Assembly: GCA_949358305.1 (NCBI GenBank)
Contig: OX442314.1
Location: 11,656,001-11,720,000, forward strand
DNA: 64,000 bases
DNA from: Strigamia acuminata
Taxonomy: Eukaryota
Reading direction: 5' to 3'
Shown here: one piece after another, positions 1 to 12,995 of the stretch
How positions within the stretch are numbered: position 1 is the stretch's first letter
Layout of the letters: each line of letters begins with the position of its first letter
The notes under the pieces: model-generated
What the model saw: only the letters and a program-made list of their open reading frames with translations
Told to the model about the DNA's origin: nothing
Databases searched by the model: none
Translations under genes and position numbers: made by a program

Positions 1-405
1 TATATAATTGCAATTTACGGATAATTTAGAACGTTCGATTTACTACAATGTGTCAGACTCTGTAAATTGCTTCAAAACGTGTATAAACGTCTGTAAAACT
101 TATAAATATTCAATTTATCACCGAGATCTTGACGAGTTTGATTTTCACGCGCATTTACAAAAGTATATAAATGTAAAATGTCATATTCAGACTGGTTTAA
201 AAAGTATAAACAAATTTAAATGACTTTATGAATGCGCCTACTAAACATTTAGACTTTAGACTGCTTGTCTCGATCTAAAACTTCAAAAATGGCGGTTGAT
301 TTAGTCCGATTTCAGTCGCAGTGGGCGTGTGCACGTCATTTATAAACAAAAAAACGTTAAACACGGCTTTCTTGCCCTAATAAAATATATAAACTTTTTT
401 CTTGT

Positions 406-437
406 GCGCAGTGGAAGCATGCTGGGCCCATAACCCA
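406..437 (+). pseudogene. Fragment of initiator tRNA-Met (D-arm plus anticodon arm only)
   Basis: GCGCAGTGGAAGCATGCTGGGCCCATAACCCA matches the animal tRNAi-Met segment GCGCAG(T/C)GGAAGCGTGCTGGGCCCATAACCCA with one substitution; anticodon CAT at 429-431; no acceptor stem or T-arm in the flanks. Confidence 0.75.
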
Positions 438-2654
438 CGTTGGTACTAAATCATCAAATACTAAACACATTAGAATTTAATATAGGCCGTCATTAGAAAT
501 ACATGAAAGCATATTGTTAACAATACATGTTATCATAGCAACACTACAATAGCATAACAATCAATTAATCTAAACTCATATTAATTGTCACATTCAAAAT
601 ACAAGAAATTATGACGAAAACGTGAACACAAGACGTACAATTTAGCGAAATTATAATTCTCCGCAATTCAATTGATCAAATTTTGCATAAACAAATGAGA
701 TATTACAAAGTTTCTCCTTCGGTGTTAGTTGAAATAAGTCAAATTAAAACTGCAGAGCGGATTGAACGCGCGCCTCTTTTAACCAACGAGCAGGTTTCTT
801 ATTATTTTCCTATAATTAAGCAAGGCAATCAAGAAATTGACGCCTGCAGCCAATTTATCTTGTGCCTTAATGAGTTTCATTACCAACTGGACAGCACAGA
901 GGGCTGGAAAAAAGTTATTAAACAACATTGTATGTGTGTCAGCATATATGCGAAATAAAAAAAAAGCTGATTCTTTTAAGTAATTTGGCCACCAACGTGC
1001 AATCACTTAGAATAATCGCAGAAAAAAATCAATCTATTCCCTTATACTTCAAAAAATGCAACGTTAATTTATAATTAATTATCTCAATCCAATTGAAATT
1101 CCAAAAATAATAGTTCCTCCGTAATTTAACGTTACCTGGTGCTAAAAAACACAACTAAACCACAAAAATTGCAAAATTGGACGAGAAATCAAGACAAATA
1201 TTTTCAAATGATTTAAAAATGGAAATAAAAATAGTTACGTACCGTATTGATAATAATAATAATTATTTTTTTTAAATATATATATTTTTAGATTGGAAAA
1301 TTGTTAATTTTGTGTATAGAGAAAGAGTATTTTAAAAAACGAAAAATGTGGATATACCTGAAACAGACAAACACATTAGATAAACAGGAGCAGATCGAGT
1401 CCGAACGCATTTTCAAAAGCCCTCTGGCAAAGCTGTGAGGGACGCTCGGAGGAAACGCGTCTGCATTTTAGCCGCATGCGCATTGGCAACACAATGGGAG
1501 AAATGCGGATGGGAACAACACGAAATGCGAAAAGCGCGACAGGGGAGATGAACGCCACTCAAGGTTGCCATGGTGATGACTGATGATTTGACAGGAATTT
1601 TTCGATTAATTGACAGTCCCATTCTCACTAAACACGTGACACGATAAATCAAAATGAATTAAAAAGTTCATTAATCATAAAAGCAAAAAAAAAAAAAAAA
1701 ATTAAATTAAAAAAAAATTTATTATCATTATTTTAAAAAAAAAAATTATAAATTTTATTTAAAAATTCTTCTAAAATTTATTTCTTAGAATAAAATTCAG
1801 TGTCACCCAGTTGAAGCCAAAAATCAATGCGTTGTTGACTCCTAATGTTTACACATCGCGTCGTAATCGTGACGTGAGTGACGGCAGCAGCGTGATCGTC
1901 AGGGGAAGCTGAAGAGAAGAGAGACGGTCGAGTTGGATCGCCAGAGAGTCCCATTTATCACCACACTTCCGCCCGGAATCACGAAACGAGACGTCATTTT
2001 CCGTTTTACTTTTTCCCCCCCGTCCCCTATTTACCACTTGCAAAGAAATCGATTTCATTCCATCCGAAAATCAAAGCCGGAGCAGAAAAATTCATTTCCG
2101 GCTCCAAAGATGAGCAATGTTATTGTAACGAGGGTGTGAACAAATCTTTTATTTCTTAAATGAGGAAATAGCAGTCGATATCACACGCAGGAAGTGCAGA
2201 AAAACGAGCGGAAAAGACATTTTCACCTATTCCAATTCACCCAATCAAATTACAATTTTTATATACAAAAAAAAATAACAAATAAAAAAAAAAAAATTTT
2301 TAATTAAAAAAATGTGAAAAAATAAAGCGACGCAGGAAAGCGGCGCATTTTAATTAAGACGGGCAGCGCGCGACACTTACATGGGCGTGGGCGGATTTAG
2401 CGCGCAACTCGACTCGACTCGACTCAACTCCCTCCTCGGTTCTCGCTCTCATCCGGTTTCTCCCACCCGATCAAATCCGGTGTCCAGCACCATTTCATAA
2501 TTGAAGCTCGGCGTCAAAGCGACGTTCGATGCTTCTCGCGCGCGCGCAAACAGATCGCGTCATCATCTCGCGCAACTTACCCGAGGCCGAATCCCCGCAA
2601 CACCCCTCCCACACCCTCCACCCCGTCGTCCGATTCGCTCTCTCATACCGCCCC

Positions 2655-2860
2655 TCCCTCCGTGATTGACACTTCCGACACTGATGGACGTGGTCTCCAT
2701 GGCAACCGAGTGATGCACTTCCTCTCAGCCAATGGGCGCTCATTGCGCCGACAAATAACTTGCGTGATTGCGTTGATTAGAGGGCCACTGACACCGGGTC
2801 TCTTGATAAAAACTGACACGGATCTCGCGGCCGACTCCACCCCGGTATTTAGTGTTGCTA
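2655..2860 (+). promoter_or_regulatory. Putative proximal promoter of six3/optix
   Basis: GC-rich region ahead of the leader, with TGATTGACAC (2663-2672, Pbx/TALE-like), GTCTCCATGGCAAC (2693-2706, RFX X-box consensus), CCAAT at 2729-2733 in AGCCAATGG context and an Inr-like TTAGT near 2849. The TSS cannot be determined from sequence. Confidence 0.55.
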
Positions 2861-3117
2861 ATAGTGTGTGAGTGAGTGTGTGTGTGTCGTCGGAGTCGGA
2901 ATCGGAGGCGGGCGAAACGCAGACGGCAAAGCAGGGCGCTGCAAGCGAGCGAGAGAGAGCGAGAGAGAGTGAGAGAGCGAGTGAGGCGAGGCGAGGCGAG
3001 CAGAGCAGCAGGCTGAGAGAACCAGTCCCAGTCGTCATCGGCAGAGCGGACGACGACAGCAGCAGCGGCGTTCGGCTCGGGCGGGCCGGGCCAGCTGCGC
3101 CTGCCAGGTCCCTGTGC

Positions 3118-3743
3118 ATGGCACTCGGATTGGGAGGGCTGGGACCGGGTAACCCGCTCGCTCCCAGCCCCATGTTCACCTTGCCCACGCTCAACTTCAC
3201 CGCGACTCAAGTGGCGGCCGTGTGCGAAACGCTGGAGGAGAGCGGAGACATCGAGCGCCTCGGCCGGTTCCTGTGGTCGTTGCCGGTCGCGCATCCCAAC
3301 TGCGCCGAGCTCAACAAGAACGAGTCGGTGCTGCGAGCCCGGGCTCTGGTGGCGTTCCACGCCGGCCACTTTCGCGACATGTACCAGATACTGGAGAGCC
3401 ATCGGTTCACCAAGGAGTCGCACGCAAAGTTGCAAGCCATGTGGCTCGAAGCGCACTACCAGGAAGCGGAAAAACTGCGCGGGAGGCCCCTCGGCCCCGT
3501 CGACAAGTACCGCGTGCGCAAAAAGTTCCCGCTGCCTCGCACCATCTGGGACGGCGAGCAGAAGACGCACTGCTTCAAGGAGCGCACGAGGAGCTTACTG
3601 CGCGAGTGGTACCTGCAGGACCCTTATCCGAACCCCACGAAAAAAAGGGAACTCGCGCAGGCCACGGGACTAACGCCCACGCAGGTTGGCAATTGGTTCA
3701 AAAATCGGCGACAACGCGATCGGGCTGCGGCTGCTAAAAATCG
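3118..3743 (+). CDS. six3: Six3/6 (optix) homeobox protein, coding exon 1 (SIX domain plus homeodomain)
   Basis: The first in-frame ATG is at 3118. Translation shows the SIX domain ([32 protein letters not shown]...[41 protein letters not shown]), the Six3/6-diagnostic QKTH tetrapeptide and a K50 homeodomain ([11 protein letters not shown]). The exon ends at donor CG|GTAAAT. Confidence 0.97.
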
Positions 3744-5491
3744 GTAAATACTAACTTATCTTTCCTTCAATTTTTCTCTCTGTTTTTAGCGTTTTTCTTT
3801 TCTCCTTTTTCGCTTTCTCTGCTCGTTTGGATAAGTTTTTTCTTACTCTCTGAGCCCGGTTTGGTGCATCAACAGCGTGTCTCGTTTTTAGGCTTAAACT
3901 CGAGTTTACTTTACAACGCGTGGTTTCTTTGTCGAAAAATGAAAAGTACAAACTCATTGAAATTAGTCATCAAAATGACCTCGATTTCAGTTTGAAAAAC
4001 GCTGTACAAATTGTCAAAAAATGATTTTAAACTGAAAATGATTTATCACACTAAAAATCACGTAAGGAAAATTTTAAAAACGAAAAGAAAATTAGCAAAA
4101 TTCAAGATAAAATATTGCAAAATAAAATCTTATTCGGGTTCCCGGGGTCGTGAAATCAATTACGGCAGAAGCCAATCAAGTAACCGAGCTAACAATCTAT
4201 TTATACAGAAATTCAACAAATATTTATACCGCTGTTCGTTTTAAATATCCAAAATTTAAAAATTTTCATAACAAAAAAAAGAAAAAAAGAAAATCGATTA
4301 GAAAAATTTATCCAAAATAAGCCGATACACCCCGAACATTTTTCCGACAAGCCCATTCACCATTTTCCAACTGACATTAATTGAATTGCCAACATGCTCT
4401 CATTTTCCCCGCATCCAACGATCTCTTTCCCACCCCGTCCCGACATACCTGACACGGCAGCAGCCACCGATTTTTGCCGGGCCTATTGAGTTAAGCCTCT
4501 CAGCAAATACCTACCTTTATAAAATTAGATCAGCGTAAATGGCTTTTGATTTTATTGCTGCCACGTGTGCGACTGAATGCTCCTACTAATACATTCGCAC
4601 ATTTTTTTTATCCTAAATTATTTTTCCCGATTCAAACAGCACTAAAAATTTGCGTTTTTAAATTCATTTTTACACCGCGAGATGTGACTTTTCGGCTCAT
4701 GTTTGTAGTCGAGTTTTACTGCAGTCAGGTTTTTCTATAACTCAATTTCCTTCCTCCGTCGTCCAAGATTCGAAATTGACCGTTTACTTTGTGGTTCTTT
4801 TCCGGTATCAGTTTTCTCTCGATATAACGATTTTGTAGAAATAAAGAGATAAAATTTATTAAAGCAGTTTTTGCGTCCCGAATGAAAGGAAATAATGCAA
4901 ATTATTCAAAACAATTAAATTCTCTCCATTTTTTTTTAGATTTTTAAATTTCTAGAAAAAGTTTACGTAACTTATATCAACAGCCTTTGTCATAATATCC
5001 GCGGGATTATCACCTGTATTAACATGTTTGATTTTTAATTTCTTATCTTTCACACAAAATGATATTACCGTATTTTATCGATTAAGAGCCGCGGCTCTAA
5101 TTCTGCCATTTTTGTCAGCAATTACAATTTCGGTTTTTCGTTTCTTACATTTGTTTAATGTAACAAACGAAGTCTGAACGTCACGTTCGTGAGTTTAAAT
5201 ACGGAAACAATATCGTAGTTTTGCAAAAATACGGTATTCTTGGTGTCTCAGCCGCGGCTACTATTCGAGAGCGACTCTTAATCGGTAAAATACGGTACTA
5301 TTATTAAGTATTGTTTATTATCTGTCAACCCCTTTAATTTAATATCGGTATGTTTTGTACGACTTTTCTCGAAAGGTACGAAATATCCTTTATTTCATAA
5401 ATCCTTCCCTATGGCAAATGCGAAATTTATTTAAAAACTAATTAACAAGACCAGTTTTATTTTCTTAATTAATTTTTATTATTAATTCCAG
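3744..5491 (+). other. six3: Phase-2 GT-AG intron of six3/optix
   Basis: GT at 3744-3745; T-rich tract and TTCCAG ending at 5491. Splicing restores ...AAAAKNR-LQQQQ, matching the KNR|LQ junction of Six3/6 genes. Confidence 0.88.
5068..5295. mobile_element. MITE family A (CCGTA termini, Tc2/pogo-like), intronic copy
   Basis: 25-bp TIRs CCGTATTTTA(T/C)CGATTAAGAG(C/T)CGC with 2 mismatches, TA on both sides; internal sequence shared with copies at 20433 and 62783. Confidence 0.85.
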
Positions 5492-5711
5492 GTTACAACA
5501 ACAACAAATGCAACAGCAACAGCAACAACTAGCACAATCATCGGCAGGTGGCCGGCGGCCGGAGTCGACCGAGAGTCGACCCGAGAGCCGGCCACACTCC
5601 GAAGACCTAAGCTGCACGTCCGGACACGCGCACAGTCCCGGTGGTTTGTCCACATCGTCCGAGTCGAGCAGCGGCATTCTGTCGCCGTCGCCTCCGCCGA
5701 CGCGTACGTGA
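5492..5711 (+). CDS. six3: Six3/6 (optix) coding exon 2 (poly-Q and Ser/Pro-rich C-terminus)
   Basis: GC-rich block after a strong acceptor, in frame with exon 1: LQQQQMQQQQQQLAQSS...SPSPPPTRT*; TGA at 5709-5711; total CDS 846 nt. Confidence 0.88.
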
Positions 5712-6144
5712 GATGAGCTCAGCCCTCGCGCTCCCTGAAGCAATGCGAACACACCAGCACACGGTAGAAAAACGAGCTCAACTTCATTTCCCTTGTGTCA
5801 TGTGTTGTGTTAAATATTTCTTTGATAAATTTTCAATCTCATGAACTGTGACTGTACAGACTATTTGCAAAATTGCAGTTTTTTCATAACTGTACATAAT
5901 TCAATGGTGAACTTAGCGGATATTTTAATTTTGTTTATTATTTTTTAATTTTTAATTTTCATTTTCTTCATATCAGTCCCTTATACTGCATATCCAAAGG
6001 TATTGACTTTTGAGGTTTACATACAAAACAAGATACTTTTCGTCTAAGTGTGATTCTCTCTGTTTATAGGTAAATATACGGTATATATAAAACAAAAAAA
6101 TTTATATATATATATATAGAGGAAAAAAAATCTTCTTCTGCAAT

Positions 6145-6150
6145 ATTAAA
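6145..6150 (+). terminator. Candidate polyadenylation signal (ATTAAA) of six3
   Basis: ATTAAA followed by CA dinucleotides and a GT/T-rich tract from about 6181. Confidence 0.35.
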
Positions 6151-6971
6151 TAATCATGTGCAACAAAAGTAGAGACAGAGGTGTTTTTGTTTGATTTTTT
6201 TAAAATTTTTTCATTTGATTTTTTAAGTTTAGGGTTAAAAATACGCGTGTATCACGTGGTAATTTTTTTTAAAATGAAATTGTAGCCGAGTGTTTTTTTT
6301 TTTATTTTAATTATTATTATTATTTTTTTTTAAAAAAATAGAAACTGAATTTAAAATACTTTTAAAAAAATTGTTTATTTATAATTTTATGAAGAAATGT
6401 GAATTTTGTTTTAAAAAAAAAAGATAAAAAATTGGGTTTACTAGTTTTAATTGGAAATTTTATTATTTTTATTATTTTACTATTATTTTATTATTTTTAA
6501 AAAATTTAAACAAAAAATATGAAACATAATTGTATAAAAAAAAATTCGTGTATAGAAAAAATTGAGCACCTCTGTGTTTGATCTCAAGATAAAAAAATTT
6601 TAAAAGGAAAAACTAATTTTGGTATTTGACTCCCTTCATTACGACTTACGAAAATACAAAAAAAAAATTAAAACATTCAAATTACGGTACAACAATAGAA
6701 AGAAAAAAAACAAAGAAAAAAAAATGAAAAACTCAAGAAAAGAAAAAAAGAGAAAAGAAAATTTAAATAATGAAAAACTAAGGAAACTAGAAAATAAAAC
6801 GAAAGCAACCAATGCTTTCCTTCCTTCAACGGCAATTGTGGCCAATCGATAAAGGCGACCGGGCACACAAAACCTATTGGACGACGAAGACTGTTAATTT
6901 TCCGACTGCGAAATCGACCAGACGTAAACAAACGCCCGCTCAAACGCGTTTCATCAAAACATTTTCACCAC

Positions 6972-7109
6972 AGCTGCATTCAAAAACTAAAATATTTTGT
7001 GTTTTACTTCAATTTTAAAACAAAAGTGACATCATTTCCTCTTTAAAACTTAAAATACACTTAAACTAAAATCGTTAAAACACGAGTATTTTTATTTTTG
7101 AACGCAGTT
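6972..7109. repeat. Short dispersed repeat with (G)CTGCATTCAA...TTGAA(C/T)GC ends; second copy at about 55803-55985
   Basis: Shared strings TTTGTGTTTTACTTCAATTTTAAAACAAAA and AAACTTAAAATACACTTAAACTAAAATCGT in both places. Confidence 0.7.
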
Positions 7110-9440
7110 ACCGATATACCGAAAAATACAACTTTAAAACTAAAAAAAAAAAATAATTTATACTTAATTCCCCTCAATTTTCAACACTAAAACGCGCACA
7201 ATTCTCCAATTAATTTCCAAAATGTTTATTTCTGGTGCAAGTATCACCAAACCCAATTTTAATTTCCTACGAAAAGAAAAAATTGTGTGTATTCACTGAT
7301 CGCATGAAAAAAGCGCCCAAAGTGTCTATTATTAATTTTCAATCTATTTTAAACCCATCACGGCATTTATCCTTTGGTCAAAGCATTTTGTTGGTAAGCC
7401 GCTAATGCATTCGGTCCCGGTTACGCACGGGGGCCAATGAGCAACCCGCTTGGGGAGCATTAAGAGCCGCCACCTGAATGCGGACAAAAGCTCGTCTCTT
7501 GGCATCTCAATAGACCTTTTTCCTCATTGACGAGGTTCGGTGTCGGGCTTCTGTTACTTCATTGATTCGCCCCAATGGACGTGGACCGGAGGAACACGAG
7601 AAGCCCCACTCCACCTCCTCCCACCTTCCATCATGAGAAAAGGCCACGCACATACCCACCAGGAGGCCCCTGTTTACCCACCAAACACCCCCTGCATCAA
7701 AAATCGACCAACGGCGGCTCCCAAACCCCAAAATGAGCAAAAAAAAATCACGAAATCATCACAAATCTCCAAATAAAATACCAAAAACTCAAACAAAACC
7801 TCGAAAATCCGAATAAATGAGCACAAAACCCAAACATTTCGACTCCTACCTCCGTAAAACCTAAAAAAAAAGCTACAAAAAACCCAAAAATAAGCAAAAA
7901 TATCTGAAAATTTCGATTTCCTGAAATAAAACCCGAAAAAACGGAAAAAACTCGGAAGAAAAAGTGGAAACCCTCGAAAAAACGGGTATATAGTGTCGAA
8001 ACGCGCTTGGCTTTTGGTGTGGGCGAACGCCATCAAAATGTGTTCACTCCATTAGTAGGTGTCAAACGCAGAAGCATTTTCATGAGAGGGGGGTAGCGGT
8101 GAGGGCGTGTGCAAAGTCGCACCAACGCCTGACAGCCGGGGCGAGCAGAGGAAATGCGCCGAGGCGACGATTGAACGTTTCAATATCGAAAATGATATAA
8201 TATGACCCTACCCCTGCCATGGCACCGAGTCGAGGATCGGCTACGAGAAGGCGGAGGGGTGTACATGAAGGCGGGCTGGAGAGGGCTGAGTCGGGCAAAA
8301 GGGAAGAAGAGCAAACACAGACGTCATTTACTCTTTGCCACTTCTCCCTTCCCTTCCCTCTCCTCTCCTTCCACACTCCTCATCTCTAATCTACTGCAGC
8401 CTCCCACAATGCACTTTCACCGCTCTCCCCAACCAGTTCTTTGATAGAAGGCGAATGATTAACTCACCTGGATTCTCCTCCCACCCCCACGAGACAACCT
8501 CGCCCACACCCTTGTCACTCGATTGGCTTTACGCCAACGTCCGCACACAGTCGATAGCAGCGAAATTTTACACACAAAGGGTTGCAAATTGTTGTAGATT
8601 TCGCTGCTTGATCAATGTGTAATGCGAAACTTTAATAATAACTCGTTTATTCGACTGGACACACAGGTGGCGCTTAAACAACAAAACACTCGAGAAATAA
8701 AGCGGAAAATATTGAAATTTAGCAAAATTTCCATTTTCTGAGTTTAATTTTTAATCGCGTCGTTTAAGGCGGTAAAAGTGATGTTAACGTCACGATATTT
8801 CATATGTTAGTTTAGTTTTACAAGATCGGAATCTTTGTTTGTGTTATTAGCGTTGCGTGCATGTTAGTGCGAGTGCGAAGAAAAAGGGATCCATTGGAGA
8901 CTCGTTAGATGTAAAAGACGGAATCTCTCGACAATAAGCCTAATGGCAGCTAGACTAATTATGTGCTCGTGAATCCACCACCGATCACACCAAATTGGCG
9001 GGGATCAGAATCCGGGGGCGAATTGATTGACGGCAGGGGTTCATACACAGAGTTATATATCAAAATCAAATGTGTGAGTCACTGCTGCTGACCAGACACT
9101 GGGGTCCTGACACCTGCGGATCAAATTAGGAACCCACGTGACATTTCAGATCAAAAAAAAATTATCTGGGGGCGGAACTGGCTTCACTTTCGTACACTCA
9201 CACCTGGCGTCTAATTATGGACTTTGGGATTAATCAACTTATGCATGAATGCAATTTCTACATTTTAACAAGTCCAAATAAATAAATAATTGATTAAATA
9301 AAAATTTATTTCAGTGAGCACGTTTCACCCGTATGATTAAAAAATATATTTTACAATATATTGCTTTTCACGTAATGTATTCCATTTCGCAGAATTAAGT
9401 ATACTATTTATACGTTAAAAACAATGCATTTCATAACGTT

Positions 9441-9755
9441 CCGTATTTTACCGAGTAATAGTCGCGGCTTTTATTCAAAACTGCGAGTTTCAGTCGCGGC
9501 TATTAATCGAGTGCGGCTCTTAATCGAGGGTGGCTCTTATTTTAAATAGTGGCCGATATCTCAATGTTACGTTCATAGATTTACCATATATTCAAGTCAT
9601 TTCGTGCGTTTCGTTCCCATTCGATTCGTTTCTCGTTACACTAGTAGTAATAACCTCGTTGTAGCCGGAACTTATATCAAATCGCCTCTCTCGGTCGCGG
9701 CTCTTATTTGAGGGCGGCTACAATTCGAGGGCGACTCTTAATCAGTAAAATACGA
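9441..9755. mobile_element. MITE family A-related copy nested in dispersed repeat B
   Basis: Left end CCGTATTTTACCGAGTAATAGTCGC, right end GCGACTCTTAATCAGTAAAATACGA; subterminal GCGGCT(C/A)T motifs. Confidence 0.75.
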
Positions 9756-12584
9756 TATGTTAAAAAATATATTATCATACGCAAACCAATTTAACGCTAA
9801 AATGTATTACAAAATGCTTTCTCATGAAACCAAAAATACATTTCAAAATATACATTGAGTGCGTTCAATCTTAAACGGATTTCTTTGATTTCGCTGATTT
9901 TCCTGATTTCGGGAGACCGGAAGTGACGATTTTTACGTCATAAAATCCAAATCCGATTTTCGAAAATCCGATTTTTGGAAATCCACGCGTATCTAGAATC
10001 ACTTTTCTTGATTCCAAAGTGGATTTTCAGCCGTTATTTTGCACGTTATTTTTGTTTGCAATTTAACAATTAACATGACTTCCAAACGAAATAATTTCAA
10101 TCTATTTCCGAACCACAATGGGCAGCCTCATTGGTCGACAATATCGATTTCCCCATTTGCCAATTCTCTAATTAGAAACGAAAGAAAGAAAAAATAAATA
10201 AAAATGCGCAAATAAATAAATAATAAAAAAAAAAAGAGAGCAAGATGACAATCAATTGAGGCTCGACTCCCTCCATCTTTTAGTAAACTGCCATGGGAGA
10301 ATGATGAAGTGAGCATCCTGCACGCGTTGGCTAAATATTGGCGCGCGGCGAGGGAGGTTCGCGTCTCTCTCGAGGGCTTATCAATGTCTGCTCGCAGGCA
10401 CAGCCCAGCATCCAATCAAGCATCCTTCAGTGCTTGGCTCTTTTTCTCCTGCCTGTTATTGCTCCTTCCCTGAAGGCCCAACATATCACACAATAAGAAT
10501 CTCGAGCCGTGACACCGTCACTATGATGGACACCCCACTCGACAACAAATCGAGACTGCAACTGGGAAACAAATGACAGTCCGCTTATAGATTTCTTCTT
10601 CTCGCAAAAAAGGAACCACCAAAAAAATCTCTTTCCCACATTCGGTGACCAGTTAAGTTTTTTATTATTATTTTTTTTGTGTTGTCTATAGAAAATTTTC
10701 CATCCCATTTTCAATTTATTTTCACGTTTTGCTGCTTTATGTAGCAATATTTTCCGGAATATCCATACGGCAAGGTGTCTAGGGGCATCTAGGAGCACCT
10801 AACTTCCATTATTTGGTCAGAAATTTAATTTATTTGATTTATTTTTTCCCACACAAAATGCTCCAAATTTTGATCTAAAATGGCATCGAGTCTAAAATAT
10901 CTAAAATTTGCTTTATTTTTGATAGAAAAATTTTTTTTTTGTAAAATAAGCGAATTTGAGTCTATACCTAAAAATGGCATTTTTGTAACCGATCCGACTA
11001 TGGGGCCCTAAAATACCTGTGTCTAGGGACCCCAGAGTGTATTAATCCAACACTACATCTAAACCGTCTAAATTTCCTCTTTTTGTGACGATTAATCAAG
11101 TCAAGTTATCACATTTAAGACATGATTGATTATAAAATCGATCGAAATTGCCCTTTTTATTAATCATTTAATTAATTTAACAAAAAAAATCCCTTAAATG
11201 TTGTTTTCCTTCCAAATTTATCAAAATCCCTCACAATTTCGCTACAATATACAGCGCACACGCGCTATAGTTGCAACCTTCACTCCATTATTTCAATAAA
11301 CTCGAATCCAAACAGCAGTGGGGCCCTGTGAAGGCTTTTCATGTCAACTCTTCCAAGCGTAAAATCAACGACTAAACTGTGACAAGTCGAGGTGAAGAGT
11401 GGGCCCCTAATTGGTGCCGGGTGATTTGTCAATCACCTACCGAGGAAGGAGGGATAAGAACTCGAGACGACATTTACCCCTTTCTCCAAACTAAACTCCC
11501 CAACACCCCTCTTTACCCCCTACCCACGCATTCTTTCCACAGCGCGACATCGCCACATTGTTTACACCTGGACATTTACGCACAAAAAGAAAGAAAAAAA
11601 AAAAAAAAAAAAAAAAAAAGCGGTCGAAGCCGGACACGCGCTGCCCAGCACCGCGTGACCACCAAAAAACCCATTCATCATTTGGCACGAGATTTGTGCA
11701 CGCGCATTGTCTTTTCCCTCGATCCGGATTTGACCCTCGAGTGTGCGAGTGCCAGAGATCACTCGACAACAAAACCGAAACGCCATCGCCAGTGGTCAGT
11801 CGCCATATCAATCGGACAATGAACGAAAAAAACAAACTTATCGATCATGTAAAACACGTGCCCCATTAACAAACGTAATAACAACAACAATAAAAATATA
11901 ATATCCACACCACCACACGCCACTTCAACTCCCCGACTAAATTTGCATTGCGCGCCACCTGTGCTCATTTACGCCACTACCCGCCATCTTTTCTTCGCCG
12001 TTTTGTCTGCCCCCCTACCACTGCGACCCCCACTTTCCTGTCAACAAGCTGTCAATCGCCATCACCTTCGACACCCCAACTCAAAGACGTTTTCAGGGAT
12101 TAAAGTCCCGTTTGAAACGTGTCTCTAATCCCACAAACCCAATATGGCGTCTCCCCAAGGATACGTTGGGCTGCGGGTCTCCCCACACTGGCCACCATCA
12201 TTCCTAGCATTCATCATCATCAGATAAAAGATGGTCGATTAAGACGAGGGCTACATTACCAGACTTAGGTTGGTCGAGTCCCCGTTGGGAGATTCCTCTC
12301 AGCGTGCTAATCCTTTTCCCCCTCTGCACCTGGTCAAGAGCTGGTGTGAAAACGAACCTCCTTCACTGCAGGAGAGGAACCACCTATTCAATTACCAGCC
12401 CACAAAATTCGCCTCTTTTCTTAGCCCCCACCCGCGCCAAAGTTTCATCCCGTTTTGCTGCGTCACAAGCAAATAAGAAAATCAATCAATACCCGTATAG
12501 AGGGCAAAGCTATCCTAATAGTAAAATTCCATTTTTAACATCAAAAACTCCCTTTTTGGATGTTACGTTCGTTTTTTGGTCGAA

Positions 12585-12995
12585 AAATTGAACATAAATT
12601 CATTTTTTAACCAAAAATTAACCAAAAATTAATTATTTTTAACCAAAAATTGAACATAAATTCATTTTTTAACCACAAATTAACCACAAATTAATTATTT
12701 TTAACCAAAAATTGAACATAAATTCATTTTTTAACCAAAAATTAACCAAAAATTAATTATTTTTGACCAAAAATTGACAATAATATCATTTTTTTAACCA
12801 AAAATTGACCATTATTTTTTTAAACCAAAATTGAACATAAATTCATTTTTTTGACCAAAAATTGACCACAAATTCATTTTTTTGACCGAAAATTGACCAC
12901 AAATTCATTTTTTTAACTAAAAATTGAACATAAATTCATTTTTTGACCAAAAATTGACCATAAATTCATTTTTTTAACCAAAAATTGACCAAAAA
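12585..12995. repeat. Minisatellite, about 31-bp unit with 62-bp higher-order period
   Basis: GAACATAAA recurs at 12590, 12652 and 12714; ATTGA(C/A)C at 12861, 12892 and 12923. Confidence 0.9.

Noticed and set aside
2872..3117. 82-codon N-terminal extension of the Six3 ORF in the ORF track
   Set aside because: Starts at GTG, runs through GA/GT microsatellite-like leader sequence and has no Six-family similarity; more likely 5' UTR.
2643..3737. Overlapping ORFs 2643-3200(-), 2740-3570(-) and 3222-3737(+)
   Set aside because: Shadow frames of the GC-rich six3 exon and leader.
3742..3747. Single-exon six3 ending at TAA 3745-3747
   Set aside because: The stop overlaps a canonical donor at the conserved KNR junction, and a matching in-frame exon exists at 5492.
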